Origin: an uncultured Fidelibacterota bacterium
GTDB lineage: Bacteria > Fidelibacterota > Marinisomatia > Marinisomatales > UBA1611
DNA: 21,147 bases
Reading direction: 5' to 3'
Assembly (NCBI GenBank): GCA_913040915.1
Contig: CAJWHW010000032.1
Location: 1-21,147 of the forward strand
Shown here: positions 17,570 through 21,147 of the stretch, one piece after another
How the letters are laid out: each line of letters starts with the position of its first letter
Numbering within the stretch: the first letter of the stretch is position 1
Translations under genes and position numbers: made by a program
Notes under the pieces: generated by a model
Database searches by the model: none
What the model was told of the DNA's origin: nothing
What the model saw: the letters and a program-made list of their open reading frames with translations, nothing else

Positions 17570-18453
17570 GATGAATCTTTTACCCCCTCAATAAAAATTT
17601 GCTCAAGGCTCGGTATTTTAACCTGGAATGATTCAACATTCACATCCTGATTGATCCAGGATAAAAATTCACTGGGACTTACTTTCAAGATACCTGCAAG
17701 CTGATTATCATTGCACTCAATTTCTTTAAGAAATGAGTGTAGCTTTTTCCGATCTAGATTGCCTGAATACTTTACTTCCACGGCATCGTTAGAATGTGCT
17801 TGACGGATATTTTTCAATGTCCCATCTAAAACTATTTTCCCCTTATTGATCAAACAGATATTAGTGCATAATCGTTCAACCTGCTCCATTTGATGTGTAG
17901 AAAAAACAATGGTTTTTCCGGCTTCTCTTTTTTCCTGAATGATTTCTTTCAATAACAATTGATTAATAGGGTCTAAGCCAGTAAATGGTTCATCTAAAAT
18001 CAATAATTCTGGATCATGAATTAAAGATAAGATGAACTGAATCTTTTGCTGATTACCTTTTGATAACTCTTCAATTTTCCGATCTTCTCGATCTAAAAGA
18101 TCAAATCTTTCCAGCCATTTTATCGCTTTTATTTCAGCATCTATCCTATTTATACCCCTTAATTGCGCAAAATAAACAATCGTTTCTTTTAACCTTTGTT
18201 TTTGATATAGTCCTCTATCTTCAGGTAAGTAGCCTAGATTTTCTCTTCCCAGTGAATTAATATGCTCCCCATTCAATTTGATTGAACCTGAATCAGGTTG
18301 AATGATACCCATAATCATCCTGATAGTTGTTGTTTTCCCGGCACCGTTTGGGCCTAGGAAACCATAAATATCTCCCTTTTCAATCGTGAACGAGATTTGA
18401 TCTACTGCTTGAACTCCATCAAAGTTCTTTTCAAGGTTTGTTATTGATAGCAT
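17566..18453 (-). CDS. ABC transporter ATP-binding protein (NatA/YhaQ-like)
   Basis: Walker A GPNGAGKTT, signature LSKGNQQK, Walker B LILDEP, H-loop STH and C-terminal PSLEQIF. Confidence 0.95.
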   Translation of the reverse strand: MLSITNLEKNFDGVQAVDQISFTIEKGDIYGFLGPNGAGKTTTIRMIMGIIQPDSGSIKLNGEHINSLGRENLGYLPEDRGLYQKQRLKETIVYFAQLRGINRIDAEIKAIKWLERFDLLDREDRKIEELSKGNQQKIQFILSLIHDPELLILDEPFTGLDPINQLLLKEIIQEKREAGKTIVFSTHQMEQVERLCTNICLINKGKIVLDGTLKNIRQAHSNDAVEVKYSGNLDRKKLHSFLKEIECNDNQLAGILKVSPSEFLSWINQDVNVESFQVKIPSLEQIFIEGVKDSS

Positions 18454-18454
18454 A

Positions 18455-20065
18455 TTAAAATGGTATTACTGTTCCATCTACGAAATTTGGGATATTAATT
18501 CCCAGTATATTGGCTATGGTAGGTGCTATATCCACTGTTGCCTGATGTGACTCATAAATTTCCGGTAAAAAATAATCACGGGAAAATATTAGAGGGACAT
18601 GTGTATCATAATCATAGGGAGAGCCATGGCCAGTTCCATATGGGTTTTTATATATGTAACCAGGTGTAACTATTGGAAAAATTTCCGGCGTGTATATAGG
18701 ATGGATCATATTTTGAATTCGTCTGGTGATCTTATCATCACTAGTTGCGTTCATAATCTCATCTTTAAATATAACTTTTTCAATCCCTTCTACTTTGGTA
18801 AAATATTTTTCCACTATTTCAAAAATCTTTTTTGGGTGAGTATTTGCTTTTTCTATACGATCTTGATGAAGAAAGAAATTTCCACCCGATCGGATATATA
18901 AGTTTTTGCCATATCGCTCTTCTATCTCCTCATCTATCCAATTGAATGCTTCATTTAAATGCTTTCTATTAATACGACCTGCGGTTTCATTTTTCTCACG
19001 TAGATACTCAGGTAACGGCAACCCTCCATGATCTGCTGTGAGAACAAAAAGGACATTTTCTAACCCAACAGTTTCATTAACATCTTCAATAAAATTGCCT
19101 AACCATTTATCTAGTTTGATACATGCATCCATAATCTCCTGTGAAAAGGGACCAAAGTCATGAATCATCCAATCCATGGCTGAAAAACCAATAAACAGGA
19201 GATCAGGATTATCATCTATTCCAAGGTTTTCTTTTTCAATAGCCAAGTGAGATAATTTCAGTATTTCACGTTCAAACCAAGGCCGCCCCATAATTTGAGA
19301 TGATGGGTCTACATCAGCATCAATTCCAATGGGGAATACTGGAGAATACTCATCCTTAGCATAGTCATCCAGTTCTCCATAATAATCATCTTCACGAGAA
19401 TATTTCAAATATATATCATTATTAAGGGATTTGGTCCATATTGAATCTTTGTATGATTCAGCATTTAAACTGTTATTGAAATTATTGACCCAATCAGGGA
19501 TTTGGTCAATATAATAGTTAGACGTAATGAACTTGCCGGCATAATTAAAATAAAGAGCTAAATCCGGTTTTCTACCTCCCATCAGAACCGCAGTTCGATC
19601 CTTACCTCCTATTGAGATCACTTTGGATTTTGGAAAAGAAACTTTTAACCAATCACCCAAACCGGTTGTTTCATATCGTGAAAAGGATCGGCCTTTTCCT
19701 TTTTCTGCACCAACGACTAAAGCGTTAGGGTCTTCAACACAATTAACCTGTTTTTCTAATACTCTATCATAAAAACTATTTCCAATAATCCCAACTTTTC
19801 CCGGATATTGCCCTGTCCCAATTGAAAAATGGCCTGGACCAGTTGCCGTGTAACTATGTTCATGGTGAGTATTCGTAAACCAAAGCCCATGATCCATGAA
19901 CCAACGAAAGCCACCGGAATATAAATCATCAAATCGAGTCAATAAATCGGGCCTTAACTGGTCCACCACTAAAGTGATTACCAGTTTAGGAATTTTAGGT
20001 TTTGAATTACAAGAAAAAGTAAAAAAGGCTGCAAAAATGAGCAACCTAAGATAGTTTTGATTCAT
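18455..20065 (-). CDS. PafA-like alkaline phosphatase/nucleotide pyrophosphatase-superfamily lipoprotein
   Basis: Lipobox FTFS-C. VVDQLR, TATGPGH (Thr nucleophile), KDR, D...H (DWMIH), LTADHG and GTGHGSPYDYDTHVPL. Confidence 0.88.
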   Translation of the reverse strand: MNQNYLRLLIFAAFFTFSCNSKPKIPKLVITLVVDQLRPDLLTRFDDLYSGGFRWFMDHGLWFTNTHHEHSYTATGPGHFSIGTGQYPGKVGIIGNSFYDRVLEKQVNCVEDPNALVVGAEKGKGRSFSRYETTGLGDWLKVSFPKSKVISIGGKDRTAVLMGGRKPDLALYFNYAGKFITSNYYIDQIPDWVNNFNNSLNAESYKDSIWTKSLNNDIYLKYSREDDYYGELDDYAKDEYSPVFPIGIDADVDPSSQIMGRPWFEREILKLSHLAIEKENLGIDDNPDLLFIGFSAMDWMIHDFGPFSQEIMDACIKLDKWLGNFIEDVNETVGLENVLFVLTADHGGLPLPEYLREKNETAGRINRKHLNEAFNWIDEEIEERYGKNLYIRSGGNFFLHQDRIEKANTHPKKIFEIVEKYFTKVEGIEKVIFKDEIMNATSDDKITRRIQNMIHPIYTPEIFPIVTPGYIYKNPYGTGHGSPYDYDTHVPLIFSRDYFLPEIYESHQATVDIAPTIANILGINIPNFVDGTVIPF

Positions 20066-21147
20066 TCAACTACCTTCAAAAATCGTCTTTTGCCAACTTT
20101 TAGAATTTGTTCTCCATTCGGTTCAATAGTTGCCTGAATATCTGAAATATTTTCACTGTCTAATTTTACTGCACCCTGTTTAATCATTCGGCGGGCTTCT
20201 CCTTTGCTTTTTAGTAAACCCGCATCAAAAATTACATTCACGATTAAATCTTCTGTCTTTAAAGAAAATTCCGGTATCTGTTCAGGTACACCCTTGCTAA
20301 CAACAACTGTATTAAAATGATTTTCTGCTCGCAAGGCTATTTCTTCATCAAAATATAATTCTACAATTCTCCTAGCTAATTCTCGTTTGACCTCCATTGG
20401 ATTAACAGATGAATCAGATAAACGATCTTCTGCATTTTTCACTACTGATTCTTCTGCATCTGCAGCCAAAATGAACCATTTTAAGATCATATCATCTGAG
20501 ATGGATAATGTTTTTCCATACATATCTTCTGGTTTGTCATGCAATCCAATATGGTTATCGTATGATTTTGACATTTTTTCAACACCATCTGTACCTTCCA
20601 ATAAAGGTGTGGTGATAATGCATTGAGGCTTCTGTCCATTATCTTTTTGTAGATCCCTTCCTACTAATAAATTAAATTTTTGATCCGTCCCACCTAATTC
20701 AACATCTGCATTTAATTCTACTGAATCCTGCCCCTGGGCAAGCGGGTATAAAAGCTCGTGAATTAAAATTGGGACTTCTGATTGAAATCTTTTGGTAAAA
20801 TCATCCCTTTCTAACATACGTGCTACTGTGTATGAACTGGCCAGTTTCACTACGTCATTAAAATTTAATTTATTTAGCCATTTGGAGTTATAATATATTT
20901 TAAGTTTACTTATATCAAGTATAGCTTTAGATTGTTCAACATAGGTAGCTGCATTGACTTTTGTTTCTTCTAAGCTAATCTGAGGACGAGTTTTATTTCG
21001 TCCGGAAGGATCACCAATCATGGCAGTGAAATCTCCTATAACCAATACAGCCTGATGGCCTAAATCCTGGAAATGACGTAGCTTTCTTAAAACAACCCCG
21101 TGACCAATATGTAAATCAGGTCTACTTGGATCACATCCGAGTTTAAT
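20062..21147 (-). CDS. tyrS: Tyrosine--tRNA ligase; 5' end lies beyond the window
   Basis: The frame is open to the window edge: IKLGCDPSRPDLHIGHG (HIGH), GDFTAMIGDPSG, GGTDQKFN, KMSKS and a C-terminal S4 domain (SKGEARRMIKQGAV...VGKRRF). Confidence 0.97.
   Translation of the reverse strand: MKLGCDPSRPDLHIGHGVVLRKLRHFQDLGHQAVLVIGDFTAMIGDPSGRNKTRPQISLEETKVNAATYVEQSKAILDISKLKIYYNSKWLNKLNFNDVVKLASSYTVARMLERDDFTKRFQSEVPILIHELLYPLAQGQDSVELNADVELGGTDQKFNLLVGRDLQKDNGQKPQCIITTPLLEGTDGVEKMSKSYDNHIGLHDKPEDMYGKTLSISDDMILKWFILAADAEESVVKNAEDRLSDSSVNPMEVKRELARRIVELYFDEEIALRAENHFNTVVVSKGVPEQIPEFSLKTEDLIVNVIFDAGLLKSKGEARRMIKQGAVKLDSENISDIQATIEPNGEQILKVGKRRFLKVVE

Noticed and set aside
1672..20626. All short plus-strand ORFs in the track (for example 1884..2108, 11601..11864, 11885..12232, 14852..15115, 16058..16282, 18599..18901 and 20387..20626)
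   Set aside because: They are antisense shadows of well-supported minus-strand genes and have no motifs of their own.
1..21147. CRISPR array, IS/transposase, integrase or prophage
   Set aside because: No regularly spaced repeats, terminal inverted repeats or recombinase/phage-like ORFs were seen. The repeats present are protein-domain repeats or short hairpins.

Overview
An AT-rich, all-minus-strand chromosomal window from an FCB-superphylum bacterium, most likely Marinimicrobia/Marinisomatota; this is inferred from protein style, not demonstrated. The right half is mostly housekeeping: tyrS (partial), a PafA-type phosphatase, an ABC-2 exporter pair, a CNNM/CBS protein, two tRNA-Ser, a MaoC dehydratase, gltX and glnS. 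The left half holds envelope and secreted proteins, a beta-propeller/PP2C sensor phosphatase, tRNA-Arg and an Ig/FN3 lipoprotein that the ORF track missed. Main discovery: ORFs 6282..6485 and 4992..6206 are one gene read through an in-frame UGA. This gives a thioredoxin-type active site W-U-G-P-C, with a SECIS-like hairpin just downstream. The 497-aa product is a predicted secreted selenoprotein (signal peptide, Trx/TlpA fold, TSP3 repeats, dockerin, T9SS-type CTD). It ends an apparent operon with an exported TlpA (WCKPC) and an outer-membrane beta-barrel whose only mature-chain cysteines are a CxxxxC pair, which suggests a thiol/selenol redox relay across the outer membrane. Second: a small gene before the tRNA-Ser pair resembles Bacteroidota ribosomal protein bL38 (DUF4295) with a long acidic tail.
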